This document shows positions 49,087 through 62,523 of a stretch of 64,000 bases of DNA, in pieces. The position numbers and the translations under genes were made by a program. The first letter of the stretch is position 1, and each line of letters begins with the position of its first letter. Under the pieces are notes generated by a model. That model did not search any database and was not told where the DNA came from. It saw only the letters and a list, made by a program, of their open reading frames with translations. The DNA lies in assembly GCA_013115145.1 (NCBI GenBank), contig JAAPAO010000034.1:58054-122053 (forward strand). Reading direction: 5' to 3'. The stretch is from Perkinsus chesapeaki ATCC PRA-425 (taxonomy: Eukaryota > Protista > Perkinsozoa).

Positions 49087-50985
49087 ATGGATCGTACCAA
49101 CGGCGGTGCTCCGGTCGACTTGGAGAAGGGCGGATTGAGAGGACATTCCAAAGAGCTTCATTTCCCCCTCCCCAAACAGTAAGCGATATTACACCCCTTC
49201 TGTACTATTGAGCTTGGTTTTCAGTGTCCCGTCTCTCCAGTGGAGGAATATGACCTTCTCGGTCAGTAAACGTGAGATCCTGCATGATTGCTCAGGAGTC
49301 ATTCACCCGGGAGAGTTCACGGCCATTCTGGGGCCATCTGGATCCGGCAAGACAACTCTGATGAACATCCTCAGTGGGCGTCAAAACCTCACCGCCCGTG
49401 GGTTGCATTTCCAAGGCTCAATGAGTCTCGATAACCACGCGCAATCTCCGGAGGAATTCCGTCGAAGGATTGCTTATGTTATGCAAGATGATGCTTTGGT
49501 CTCCACTTGTACGCCTCGAGAGATACTACAATTCTCAGCTACTCTTAAGTTAAAGAAGAGCAAACAAGAAGTGAGGATGTCTATGCTCGCTCAGCTACTT
49601 GATTCCTCTTTTAGATCGATGCTCTAGTCGATGACATGATCGAATACCTCCGTCTGGGCGCTTGCCAGAACACTATGGTTGGTAGCCAGCTCAAACGAGG
49701 TGTCTCAGGCGGGGAACGCAAGAGGACTTCCGTTGGTGTCGAGCTTATCACCCAACCAAGTATGATCTTCCTCGATGAGCCCTTGACTGGCCTAGACTCC
49801 TATGGGGCAGTCCAGACTTCGAGGATCCTCAAAGGTTTGGCCCAGCGCGGAGTTACCGTTATGATGACCGTTCATCAACCCTCAAGTGAAGTCTTTGAAC
49901 TATTTGATAATGTCCTTGTCCTTAACGAAGGAGAGATCGCCTACCATGGCCCGAGGACGACACTTGTGGACTATTTCGAGAAGAACGCGGGTCTGTCCTG
50001 CCCGCCACATCACAACGTGGCCGATTTCGTTCTCTACGCGTTGCAAACCGAAACGAGTGAGGTTATTCACCGTTTGGTCGCGGCTTACAGAAAAGATTTG
50101 GAAGACACGCCCTTATCCGCCGACAAAGAGAACGACGGGTCGAAGCTGTGTGAGAAGACCGTGCCATATCGCGCCGGCTTTTATAAGCAATTACTTATGC
50201 TGGGTAAACGCGAGTTCAGAAGTGTCGCCCGAGACCCTGCTGTGATCCTTATTCGCTATGTTATAGTCTTGTTCACGGGTCTACTACTAGCCTGTGTATT
50301 CAGAAGTGCTGGAGGACAAGGCTCGGAAATATTCTGGCTTACACATAGGCAGATGTTTCAACCTTACTTTGCCGCTATTGTTATGATGTGTCTGATGCAG
50401 TTGTTTGGACCAGCCCAGACATCAATAATACGTTACCCCGAGCAGCGTACCGTGTTCTTGAGGGAGTACGCAGCTAATATGTACTCAGTATTCCCTTATG
50501 TGATATCTAAAACTATAGTTGAACTACCACTCGCTCTATTTGAGTGCTTCATCCATGTTATCGTATCGTATTGGATAATCAACCTGCAGGGCAACTTCAT
50601 ATTTTGGCTGCTACTGGTGTGGCTCATCAATCTGGTATCATCATCGCTTGCCCAGCTTTTGGGTGCAACATGCTCGACAATAACCAGAGCGATGCAAATG
50701 ATGCCCTTGTTGTTCGTCCCGCAGATTGTATTCTCGGGCCTTCTCACCAGTCTCGAGAACATCCCAGTATGGCTCCGTTGGGGGCAGTATTTATCCTATC
50801 TGAAGTACGGTGTGAACCTTGGCTTCTTCATCGAGTTTGGCTTCGACATGCCAACATTGGCAAGAGTAAATAACATATACGCGAACCTGGTAGGTCTCGA
50901 TGTAGGGATTCTCCTTGCTATGCTCATTATCTTCCGTACACTCGCTGTTGTTGTCCTGCAGCGCAAAGCCAGGTTCGTTAACTAA
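49087..50985 (+). CDS. ABCG (White-family) half-transporter
   Basis: NBD before TMD; Walker A GPSGSGKTT, signature VSGGERKR, Walker B IFLDEP, H-loop TVHQP; FLREY motif and six TM segments; start MDRTNGGAPVDLEKG. Confidence 0.95.
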
Positions 50986-51763
50986 ACTTCTATTGTCCAT
51001 TTTTCGAACTTACCTTGACGGCATATACTCGCCGCTTGGTAGAGTTCCTAGTTGTCGTATTATCATAACATGACTGGCGGCACATCGGCGACTCGTCGCG
51101 ATATTTTGTTGTTTGGAACGATACATGAACTACCGTTGGTCGTTGCACTGGTTTACTCTCTTTGGCGGCATTCATAGGTAGTTGCTTAACTATCTGTCCA
51201 CCGCCGAGCGTTGAGGAGATACACCGGCAACGATTCTGCAATGTTATTGCAGTTTATGGGCTGTAATCGCCCCCACGCGCTCTGAGTTTGCTTAGGTATC
51301 CGTTGTGGTGGAGCGAATGTAGCATTCATATAGAAAATATTAGGCCAGTCATCAAATAATAATTTATATGTCATTTGTCGGTCGTGACCGATGTTTGTCC
51401 TACGATAACTTCTCAAGGTTCTACTCACTTAGTGTCGGCGTCTAGTCCATTTATTTTTCGACTTTTTCCAACATCTATGTTGCGTTCAGAAGTATGTGCA
51501 CCGCTAGTCTAGCAGACCTATCAGTTGAGGTATCAAATAAGAGTGCTGCTAATGAGTTGTTATTTACCGGAAAGGTGAAGAACGGCACACATTTGCAGTG
51601 TGCCATTACTGAAAACTCCAGTTCCGATGTTAACCTCGACAGTCTCGTCTTCTTGTCTCTCAAAGCGTGATCTCGGCTTCCGCGACAGTACGCTAGCATC
51701 ACCCTCTCGACTAGGCAAACTCAACCCATGGTATGAGGCAACAACAAATGTAGTGCATTAGAA

Positions 51764-52528
51764 TCAAAGCATCTTCGCCATGGATGAGCCTCCGTCGGTG
51801 ACCATCGCTACAAATTCTTCAAGTGTGAGTCCCCCTTTATCAGAACGGTCATGCTGGAAGACAAGCTCCTCGGCTTCCTGAAACTCGAACCAAATACAAG
51901 CGAAATGCACCCATTGAGTGAACCGCACCTCCTCAGTGATTTCGGTGCCAACTCGGGCCATCATGGCTCGAATATCCGCGGCAGTGATAACCTGTTTTGA
52001 CGCACCAAGGAGCTGGAAACCTGTTCGCAGCTCGGCGGCCGCTGCCTGGTGAGATAGGGACCCACTAGGGTTGCTAGAACTCTAGAAATACGATTTGCCA
52101 ATTTCATACCGAACTTGAGCGCATACCGTTAGATGCCGCTCTAAGAACTTCTCCAGATCATCTTTATAGATCCCCGAGATGTCTCCTCGAACGTCTGACT
52201 GGGACACTTCTCTGATAAGATCGTTGATAGCATCGGCGTCCGGCCTTAGACCTAGCAATTATTCCGACCTTGTCTGTACTGTAAGTCATCTCACCAATCG
52301 ACGAGAGTGCCACTGTGAGCTCCTCCGGCCCGATCAAACCGTCCTCGTCTTGGTCCAACAATGCAAAGCAGTCGCTGTACCTGTGATTGATATCTTGAGC
52401 TGACAGCCGGGTCGTCTCCACCTTCTTTACTTTGAGGTTTGCGCTGTCTGCTGCAGTCGGTTCATAACCCGCTCTCGCCGTACCGCTCCCCCTTGAGAAA
52501 GCGTATCAGTAACGTAGAGCCGCGCCAT
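51764..52528 (-). CDS. Calmodulin/centrin-like EF-hand protein, multi-exon
   Basis: YSDCFALLDQDEDGLIGPEELTVALSSIG|LRPDADAI...EEAEELVFQHDRSDKGGLTLEEFVAM. Confidence 0.82.
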
Positions 52529-52600
52529 TTGTGGAAAACAAGCCGATACTAACCATCTAACCTCATTTTACCAACTCAACTTCTGTGTGAGACTATGACA

Positions 52601-55600
52601 TTAGGAAAGCTGCAGCATAGCGACAAACTCCTCCATAGTGACACCACCCCTCACTGCCGAGCCGTACCTCAACCAGGTACATTCATCAGGGGAGGAACGC
52701 TTGTCTTACGAGTTGACAAGATCTCTGCAGGCAGCCCTCGAAACCGGCAGGCCCAACCTCTTCACGCAGACATACAAGTCGTCCCCTGTCAATACAGTCG
52801 TCGGCTCATCGCCATCCGTCTGTCTTGCGGTCATCCTGTCCCGGTAGCGTCCATGCCAGCAAGCACAGCTACCGCTTACCCGCGCCATAATTCTTTGAGA
52901 GGTTCGCGCAATGACAATTGCTCGGCCGCGAGGAGGTCAACAATACCATCCTCGGAGATGACTTGCTTGTTTTCTCCTTCGACCTCGGCAACTAACATTA
53001 CACCCATTTGGGAGCAGCAACCTCAATCAGTTAACTCATCCTTTTAAGTGTCTCGTCTGTAATGTCCCGACACCCGACTGTTTGCAAGATCTCCCTCAAC
53101 CCTTCACGCTCGAGCAACCCGTCTACTTTAGCAACTTTACGGTAACTAATCCCCCAAACGCTAACAGCTGCACTAGCTCTCTGCAACGCACCATCGCCTT
53201 AAGGACGTTTCTACATCCTCAGGCAAGCAAGCTGGAACACTCGAAGTCGGCCTCATCCGGGCATATTCCGACCACTCTGTCTGTTTCGATTTGACCAACG
53301 CAGCACGCAAATTCAACGCTTATGAGACTGGCATTACGCAGCAATACTTTCATGCAACTTTCAACCGCCAACATGCGGTTAACTAAAATCGTGACACGGT
53401 CATCAATTTCCGGCCTATGAACCGACGGCAACTTTATCATCGTCATTTCTCGACTCATCTCCTTCAACGTGAGGAACCAACTCCAGCATTTGGGAGCGCC
53501 CTGAGTAGACAAAGCAATAGCGTAGGATAGCAGAATCCCTCCTACTTGTGCGTCTCTGATGGATTACTATAAAGAGGCTGCCTATGGCAACCAGGAGGGA
53601 GAAGACGCCATTACAGAGCATGGAGCCAGCTCCGACCACGCCAAAGATATACCTTACCCGGACAGGGCTCGACAGCGATGCTCAAGGGAGCTCACTTACG
53701 TGAATAGGAGAAGCAACGTGAACCTCTTAACGGTGAGGAAGTCGTCAATCTCGGAATCATTACTGAGCACCTGCCACGGCAGCCGATCAAGCAAAGCTTC
53801 TCAAACGCGCGTACCTGCTGGCTGGATGGTAAGCGAATCTTGAACGGCGCCGCCTGTGCTGCATCTGCCACACCATCTTCCAAAGATCCTCTCGCAGTTG
53901 TTACTTTCGCAAATCTCTGAGCTCTCATCATCGTCTTGAAGCTCCCCATTGAAATCTGCCTCAACTTCGCCGCGGCAGGGGAGGACTGGCGAGAGTGGCT
54001 CATCTGACTCCACCCTGCTAGCTAACCAACACCTCTTAGCCGAGCCCACCTTCACCCGGAACAACAGCAGCCAGCTGGTTCGGTGACGCTTCCTCCTCAA
54101 CTTCAACTTCAACGATGCCAGCAGCGTCGTCATTATCAAGACGTCGTCGCTGATACAATCGTGATCACACCAAGAGCGCATTGGCGAATACCTTGCTCTT
54201 GGCCATATCAGTGCACGGCGAGGACCGCTTCCTCTCCCCTACGGCTTCTAGATCTTGAACATTCGTCTCGACCACTTCATCACCCTCCTAAGTAAGCTCT
54301 GCCAGGACCTCTTGCACTGTGGCTCACTTCAGGGGTAGAGTCGGCAGCCTTGTCTTCGGAGCCAGCAGCTGCATTCAGCTCCACAGTCGGCCCCTGAGCG
54401 TGCCAGGCAATCACAGTACTGGCTGGAGTGGTCTGATACAGCCGAATTTCACAAGGCGGCAACCATTGGCTACCTCCACGGAGGGGGATGCCTTGTCTTG
54501 GAGGCTAGCAGCTATGGCAGCCTCGACAAGAGCTGCTTCGACCTCCGGAGTGTCGACATCCTCGGTGCTCTCCGACTTACCCCTACTTCCCTCCTCTTTC
54601 GGAATGGCAACTAATTACCAATTACAGGCGAGCTGGTTGTCCAGGGCATACCGTCCGCTATAGCAAAATTTGCTTCATCGTTCTGAGGAGGCGGGGGGAC
54701 CATCGAGCTCGCATTAGACCGCCAGCTGCGAGCGCTATCGGGGGCACTTGACTGAAGGACATGCCTGTAACAGCCCGAACGATACCGCGGCTCACAAATA
54801 AGCTTGGGGCGAAGGCAGAGTTAACGGGGGAGATGAGGCCACCAAAGGCCGCCGCCAGATCACCGCCGTCGTCCACGCCGCGAGCTAAATGAACACGGGA
54901 GGCACCGGTCACGCAGGAGGGATGCCTACCATCTCTGAGCGCCAACAGGCAGCGATAGAGTGCCATCAGGGAACTGTCGGGCCTGATACGATACGCGGAT
55001 TTAGAAGCGCCTTATTGAGAGGACTATGTAGACTCACACAGCAAAAACTGTGATCCTGCGGGGCTTGGAGCCAATGAGGAGATCGGCGTCAAAGCACCGG
55101 CTGGCCTCGATGGCAGCTGTACCGTAGATCTTCCGGCAGACATCGCTACCAACCTACAAGGAGCTCGCCTCGCACAACACTCACATATATGAGTCACTGA
55201 CCACGCATTTAGTCTCATGAGCGGTGGCTGGTCTAGGATCGTACAACTTAAACTTTGGCAAGGGTAGCTTCACTTCACTGGAGGAGGAGAAGAGCCTGTG
55301 GGATCGATACACCAGATAGCTGCTGCCTAACATAAAGCGGTAGCGACTCAGCCAGTGTGGAAAGAGCCTCACCGCCGGAAGACTCGAGCCTGAATGCACG
55401 TATCTTTGGACGGGACGTGGTGGCGCCGAGCTTGAGGACAATACCGCTGGTCTGGGCAGCCTCGTCATCATTGACCTTCGGTGGAGTGATGGTGGCTGCA
55501 ATCCTAGCGAGGAGAGCTGGCATGAGATAAGTCAACTGAGGAAGGAAATAATCGAATGCCGAGCGCTGGGAGCCTTCGGGCGGCTCCTAGGAAGGTGAAA

Positions 55601-55740
55601 CCGTCAGGCATCTTTGAGCTCGCGCGCCACTGAATCTTTGCAAGGAGCTCGCCCGCTCTAATAACGAATGGCAGCGGTCGAAGTGAATCGGGTCCGATAC
55701 TGCGGATGTCATTTCGGATCGTGATCTCATTAGCACTCAT
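52601..55740 (-). CDS. Large hypothetical protein ending in a degenerate calmodulin-like lobe, multi-exon
   Basis: Start MSANEITIRNDIRS; terminal exons GLLEREGLREILQTVG and LTGDDLYVCVKRLGL...GGVTMEEFVAMLQLS*; single-gene status unverified. Confidence 0.45.
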
Positions 55741-55899
55741 TTACACTTCAGGAGGTCTTCTTCATTCAAGAGGAGATGGTGCTGCACTTCTAACCTTACA
55801 GACCCTCTATGATAGAGGTAAGGTTACTAATTGACCAACACAACCTATCTACAGAGTTCGAGAGAGAATGAAACACCAGCATGTACTGCATGCACTTGG

Positions 55900-58800
55900 T
55901 CATGCGTCAGGTGCGTCAGACTCTGTACGCTTGTCGAAGAGGCAGCTTATCCCATCATCGCCGTACTGGCTTCCACCGAGGCTCTCGGCACTCCGTCCCT
56001 GCTGGAGCTCCTGATCTATCAGAGCAGCCGTTCGGACCTCGTTCTCATCGCACCTGACGTAGAGGCGAAAACACATTTCAGCACTGCACCGTCGTCCTAC
56101 TTGTGGTGAGAAGTGGAAGCCTCCCAAAGATCCTCAAAGGGTTGCCTCGGCGGCGTTGGCTCGTCCAAGATCTGTCGGTTGCACTGTAACAGATCACCAA
56201 CTCGCGCAGAGCTCGGAGCCTCACTGGAGAACACTGCCTGATCGTACAAAGAATAATCGACATGAGTATCTTCCTCACATCCACCTCTTTTCGTCGGACT
56301 TCCATCGCAGGCTGCTTCCTTCTGTCAATAATAAAAGGGCAAGCAACCTACGGCAGAAGTTAGATACTTTACTAAAACTGAGAATGAAGGCTTCCTCGCT
56401 AAAATGCCCTCCTCATTTCCGTATGTCTACACTAGACTGGGGTGGCTCCCTTCCGTCCGATAACGACGACAGACTTCCAATGGGCGTTTCGGGCTTATGC
56501 TCATCCTGCTGCTGCTCATCCGGTCGCAGAGCTTGTCTTGTCGCTCCTCTCAATTCCTTCTGCAGCTGGTTTATAATGGTATCTGACTGTTCGTTATACA
56601 ACCCCGTCTCCTTGTAAATGGATACTTTGCTGCTCCACTTGAGCCCGACTGCTCGAGAGCTGTCTGGTGAGGGCTGCTGACTCTGCCTCCAAGGCGGCTA
56701 CTCGAGAATCTTTGGCAGCCAGCAACTAGCAATACATCACACCGCACATATTTGTAAACCCTTAAACAGCGCGAAGGACTGCAGGAGCGAGAGTGATCGG
56801 CAAATGATGAGCAGAATAAGGCTGTACAGGTCAGCTTCATTTTAATGAAGCGGATGGTGTGCCGAATCACCACTGATGACACGTTCCATTTACCTCGTTC
56901 ACAGCATCCTTGCACACCGTGTCCTCCTCCTGGCTCATTGTAACTGCTTGCCGGCTTGCTGCTGCTGCTGCCATCACTCTTCTAGTCACAGCTTCACCAT
57001 CTCGTAGCTTACCCAACAGCTCAGCCATCTCCTCACCTACTACCATCATTAGGATAGCCTCCATGACTGCTGCTGCCGCTGCTAGTCCGCTTACTCTGCT
57101 TTATAACGGTATGTTCGGTGACCAGAAGCTTTCCCCTCTCCTCCAGCACTTCTTCCTCCAACTTCTTTATCTTTTCATCTCGATCTCTTAAACCCTGCAA
57201 TGGCATCATCCACGGAGCCGGTAAAGAACAACCGACCTTCGCCATCAGAGCCACGTCAGGTGGTTCATTTCCATGCGACTTCTTTTGGGCAGCATCATCA
57301 GCATCACACTGTAAGGGATAGTCTCGGCGACAATCATCAGCCGCGAGTAGTACTGCTTGACCATCGAGATATCTTCTCACGATCTCCGGCACATCGCTCT
57401 TCTTCATCAACCCAGCCATTTCCTCCAATGCACGCCTCAACCTAAGATTCTCCTCGATCGCTGCTGAGCATCGTTCGCCTGCCCACCGACTCAATTTGTC
57501 AAAAGCAGTCATCGTGATGCTCACCGAGGTGCTCGAGGGCTTCATTCAACTCGACTACTCGCCCCACTCCTCCACTGTTCTTCATCTTAATAATAAAGTC
57601 CCTCAGAACCTCGACCGTCTGCGAAGAGAATAACCCCCCTGTCCTCTCCTGTGCAGTCTACCTCGTCAGATCCCTCCTGGGCTGCTTTCAATGTCTCCTT
57701 GCTCGCCTCATATTTCGCTGCCAGTTGTATCTGGGACACTTCCCGGAATCTTTCCCGACCACCAGGACGCCTCACCAACCGCTTCTGCATAGTCTTGTGT
57801 TGTCGATCGGCACCGTCCAAAGCCGCCAGGATCACTGCCAGTGTTCGGCCGCCATCGGCAGCTGACTTTAAGTTTCGAGAATGCACCTCAAGAGACTAGC
57901 GGTGACCTTTATCTCCGATTGCCGAAGTCAAGGGCTCCTTTAGCTCCTCCAAGGCATCAAGGATGGGAGTACTCAACTTATCGTCAACGGCTCGTCGAAG
58001 CACCTTGAGGTTAACCGTGCAAGATACAAAATAGGTCAGTTCGCTGTCTATATTTCAACCTTTATATTTTGTTGTTGTGCCCTCAATTCTGCCAATAATG
58101 CGTTCCATTTCCTCTTGCAGGTAGTCTCCCCTCTCTCCGCCTCCCTCAGTGACCACACAGCCTTCATAAGATCTGCTGGCAACGAGCCTGACATCAGATC
58201 AGTGAACTCACGCAGTTCAATCCCCCACCAGTCTCCTCCGACACCACTGAAGATCGGCCACTGCTCGGGCTGCCATCGGCCAAACTCCTTGGACCAAAAA
58301 GTACGCGGGAAAGACCTTCAGCCAGATGAGGTGAATCCATCCAGTTCTCCAATACCACCCCACCGCTCCCCCTTGATGACGACTCTGACGAAGCGTCAGC
58401 GCTATTGTCGATGGCCAGAAGTTGGTTGAAGCGCTCCCGATGCGCTGTGAGCTCTTTGATTACCGAAATGAAGGCCTACTGAGTCCATCACAATGACGGC
58501 TCGAGCAGCGGTAGCGGCAGCAGTACTTCCTCCTTCTCTCTCACCGACTCGGACAGCTGGAATGGTTTGTTCTTCTCAATAAGCATGTCCACTATATTAT
58601 TCTGGACCTGGCCCCGGGGCATGTCGTTTTCACGCCTATCCCAGTAGGCGAGTTCTCCACCCAGTGCCCCACAACTTGTTTCTATTTCCCCATTCTGGCC
58701 CCCCTCACTCTGCGCATATCATCCTTGATCCTTGTCTGCCTCTCCTGCATTGTCATCGAGCCTGATTTTAATTTATCCAGCAATAATAAGTCCTCCATTT

Positions 58801-60183
58801 CCTCCACAAAGTGATCTCTCTGCGTCACCTGCAGCTTTAGATGGTCAATACCCATATTTCCATCTCATACTACTCACAGTTGATTCTCTCAAATGGAGCC
58901 CTCCACCACCCTCCCTGGCGGCCACCACAGGCCATTCCTCCCGGTCAACTCGAGCAGTTTCGGCCTCCTCATCCTGTCTGCCTATCTCATCATCACTGCG
59001 GCTCCACAGGGACCGATTCAGGGGCTCAGCGCTCCTCGATCTCGGAGGAGGATGACGGTGGTCTAGTTTTTCCGCACCGACTGCCGGCACCGAGCTCCGG
59101 TGGTATCGCAGCGCAGCAGGAGATGCACTAGACTAAACGTAACACAATGGATCTCCAAACCGTCCAAGTTGGCCTACAGGACGCCGCGGCCGCCGTCGAC
59201 GACGCTCAGCTGCGGCGTTCTGCAGAGAGGCTGGCATCTGTCGAGCCTCGTGATCATCCCTCACTGGGAAGTGCATAACTACCCCACAGGTCTCCACTAG
59301 CACTCCCCAACTACTACCTTTATCATGGAACTGTTGGCGTGGCGGCGAATGAAGCACAACCGCTGCTGCTGGAGGAGCAGCAGCAGCAGTAGCGGGGCTC
59401 TCAAGGTCACTGGACGACACCTGCCAGAGTGCTGAGCCTTGCATATGGCGTAGGGCGGCGGCATATTGTCACTTGTTCGGCATACAGCCTCCTTTTCCCA
59501 GGCTTTTCTGGGCCCTCCACGAACCCTATAGGGCTGCTGCCATGCCCTTCCCGAGACTCACTAGGCTTTCCAGCAGCAGTATCAAAACTTCGACCAACTA
59601 CTACACTCAATCCCTTTTGGTTGACCTATACAAACTACCTTCTTCAGTCCCTCGTGGGGTAGCAGCCCCCACCGCTGGCTCCGTCCTCCTTTCCTCTTCC
59701 TTGACTACCCGATCGCCTTTGGTGTTGCCCCCAGCAGAAGGCGCTAGTGTAGAGGGTATGCTCCCTGCTGTTTCGTATCGATAACTCTCCCTCTCTATGG
59801 CCGAGAACACAACGATATCCCCATTAACCAACCTGTGTGGCTGCCTTGGATGCACTCTCGTACCATTCACAAATGTGCCTGCACCCCTCCTTGCTCCGCC
59901 CCCCCTCCCGTCCCACTGCTCACCATTCACGCTGTTCTGGTCCGTTATGGTGGCGAACTTCCGAACAGATGACGAGGCGCAACTATGGAACTCCAGCGTC
60001 TGAAGAGCGGCGGCCCCCATGCTGCTCCTCAGGCCGCTTCCAGCCATCCCTCACCGCCTGATGCCTAGATATCCCTTTAACGTTGAGCACTATATCATTA
60101 TCCTCATCCCGACCAATAGTGACCGTGAGCTCCTCCAGCTCGTAGAGGGTATGCCGCCCTCGAAGACGCCCATAGACCGGCAT
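55900..60183 (-). CDS. FHA-domain, low-complexity and coiled-coil protein, multi-exon (3' boundary uncertain, may be two genes)
   Basis: VTIGRDEDNDIVLNVKGISRHQA...ITDQNSVNGTFVNGTRV...LVNGDIVVF is an FHA signature; downstream coiled-coil exons. Confidence 0.75.
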
Positions 60184-60431
60184 TCAACCCGTCCAACTAC
60201 TCCTGCTGCTGCCTCCTTTTAACGCAACATCTCTGCCCGTTTGCTGTGCCGATTGTCGAGTAATACGTACAGTAGAGATCAAACGTTATAGTGGCCATTA
60301 GTGTGATATACACCAAGCCAGGAAGAGAAGGGAAAATGAAGAATGAAGCCACATGACCGAGTAGCTGCGGCTACTACTGCTTCAGCAAGCCTATTTACAA
60401 TTGACCGAGGGGGAGGAGGATGATGCTTCCT

Positions 60432-61309
60432 CTACTCCTCAGCTGAATGTTTAGACTTCTTGCTTTTCTTGTGGTGCTTGGACTTCTTCGCCGGCGCCTC
60501 CTCGGTTTCCTCTATCGCTCTCTTCTTCGACTTTTTCTCCTTCTTCGAGACCTTTGCGGTCTCCTCCTCCTCCTCAGTTTGTCTATGGTGCTTCCTGTAC
60601 ACAAGCTGCATTCGACGACCCCCCTCCCCGTATCCCCCACTACTTGGACTTTTTCTTCGACTTTTTCTCTTCCTCATCAGCGCTCTTCTTAACGGCTTCC
60701 TTAGTCGATGCCCGTTCCTGTCTCATTATACGCCTAAGACAATGCCACTAGGCAATACCCTCCCGACCCGCAGCCACCCGCCACCTCAATTTCCCCTTCT
60801 GCATGTCGGCCCTCTTAATGGCCGTCGTCCGTGCCTCCTCGTCATCGGAAGAAGAATCGTCAGGAGAATCTTCCTCGCTGCCACTGCTAGTAGTTGCTAC
60901 CGACTAACACCGTTCTTATAAAGTCAACAACGCTATACGGCAGCGAACTCACCACAGCGAGCTTCTTGGCGATGGCGTTATAGCTGTCGGCCCACCAGTT
61001 CTCCCACTCGGAAGATTCCTTCTTCTCGAGTTCACTGCCGAGCTAAGATACCAATTACCAATAAAGTCGCCTAATCGTTATCTACCCCTTCGTTCTCCTC
61101 ACGACGCTTTATCTGCAAGCAGTCCGTCATGCCTTGGCCGTCAGCTCCGAGACCCTCGCCGTCTTTCCATCCAAACTGACGCTCCACAGTACAGGACTCT
61201 AACAATGTGATGCTACCTTGCCAAGGATCTTAGCACCAAGACTCGATTCGAACTTCTTAGAAGTTACTCCACTTGAAGCTACCAAACGTTCGTAGTACTT
61301 TCTCGACAT
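60432..61309 (-). CDS. G-patch protein, GPATCH4/PINX1-like, with Lys-rich tail
   Basis: SSLGAKILGK|FGWKDGEGLGADGQGMTDCLQIKRREENEG|LG; WWADSYNAIAKKL; KKSKKSKHSAEE*. Confidence 0.85.
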
Positions 61310-61748
61310 TGCTATATAACAGTAAATCAGCCAACTGTAGGAGGACAGAGTGGAGGTAAAGAATGTAGGCGAGGAGTAGAGTACGAATATACACAATACG
61401 TCTAGTTTAGTGGCCTAGTAGTCTGTGAAGAGAGAAAGCGAGACGAAATAAAACAGTCAGTTCGCTGCCAAGTGCGTAAGGTGATCACCACGTATGCGCA
61501 CGCGAAGATATTACAAAATCGATTAGAATGGCGCGCGCTAACTCAAAACCCCGTCGTCCGGAGCTGCACTGACGTGCATTGATATTCCGAGACAGAAGTT
61601 GTGGGTGAAGTAGCACAATGCGCTGTCTCCTTGGAACAAGCTTAGCTTAAGGCTCCTTTTTCACTACCATGCTTCGAGTAGAATGTGATTGGAGTTTCAG
61701 ATCTCTTATATCGATCTCTCAGTTACTTCAAGTTTTATTCTCAAAGCA

Positions 61749-62339
61749 ATGTTTGTCCAACAGAGTGCTCCCGACTTCGATTTGGTGGCCTGCATGCCCG
61801 ATGACTCATTCAAGCATGTGAAGCTCTCCGACTACAAGGGCAAGTATGTCGTCCTCTTCTTCTGGCCCGGCGATTTCACTTTCGTCTGCGCCTCTGAGGT
61901 CATTGGCTTCCACGACAAGATGGCCGAGTTCGAAAAGCGCGGTGCCGTCGTCCTTGGCTGCTCAACTGATTCAGCGGATGTCCACAAGGCTTGGAAGCAT
62001 ACCGAAAAGAAGAACGGTGGTATCGGAACTCAGCTCTGCTACCCCATGCTCTCTGATCACACCCAGAAGGTCTCTCGTGATTACGATGTCCTCCTCGAGA
62101 ACGACGGTGTTGCTCTTCGTGGCGTCTTCATCATCGGCAAGGACGGCACTGTCCGTTCTGAGATGAGGAACGATCTTCCTCTTGGCCGTAATGTCGATGA
62201 GGTTCTCCGTATCCTCGATAGCGTCATTGAGACCGACGAGCACGGTATGGTGTGCCCTTGCAACTGGAAGAAGGGCAAGGATACCATGGTTCCTACCACC
62301 GAGGGTGTTGCTGACTACCTTCTTAAGCATACCAACTAA
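61749..62339 (+). CDS. Typical 2-Cys peroxiredoxin (AhpC/TSA), intronless copy
   Basis: [20 protein letters not shown] (PxxxTxxC), GGIG, LPLGRNVDEVLR, resolving VCPCNW. Confidence 0.95.
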   Translation: MFVQQSAPDFDLVACMPDDSFKHVKLSDYKGKYVVLFFWPGDFTFVCASEVIGFHDKMAEFEKRGAVVLGCSTDSADVHKAWKHTEKKNGGIGTQLCYPMLSDHTQKVSRDYDVLLENDGVALRGVFIIGKDGTVRSEMRNDLPLGRNVDEVLRILDSVIETDEHGMVCPCNWKKGKDTMVPTTEGVADYLLKHTN

Positions 62340-62523
62340 GCGGTAACCTAAACGGAGACCGTTATACACTTAGATCGGTTGGTGCCTTATTATAAGGCAT
62401 TCGCATTTTGTGCGTATCTTTCCTTCTGATATCGTCATTGTTGTTGGTTTGTTTAATTAATGTCGGGGGTTTACGGGCTTTGACTTTAGTAGGTTTTTCG
62501 CTTGTCGTGTCCGACTGGTTACT

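Noticed and set aside
51000-51750. Short minus-strand frames between ABCG and the EF-hand gene
   Set aside because: No consistent start or splice model and no recognisable family
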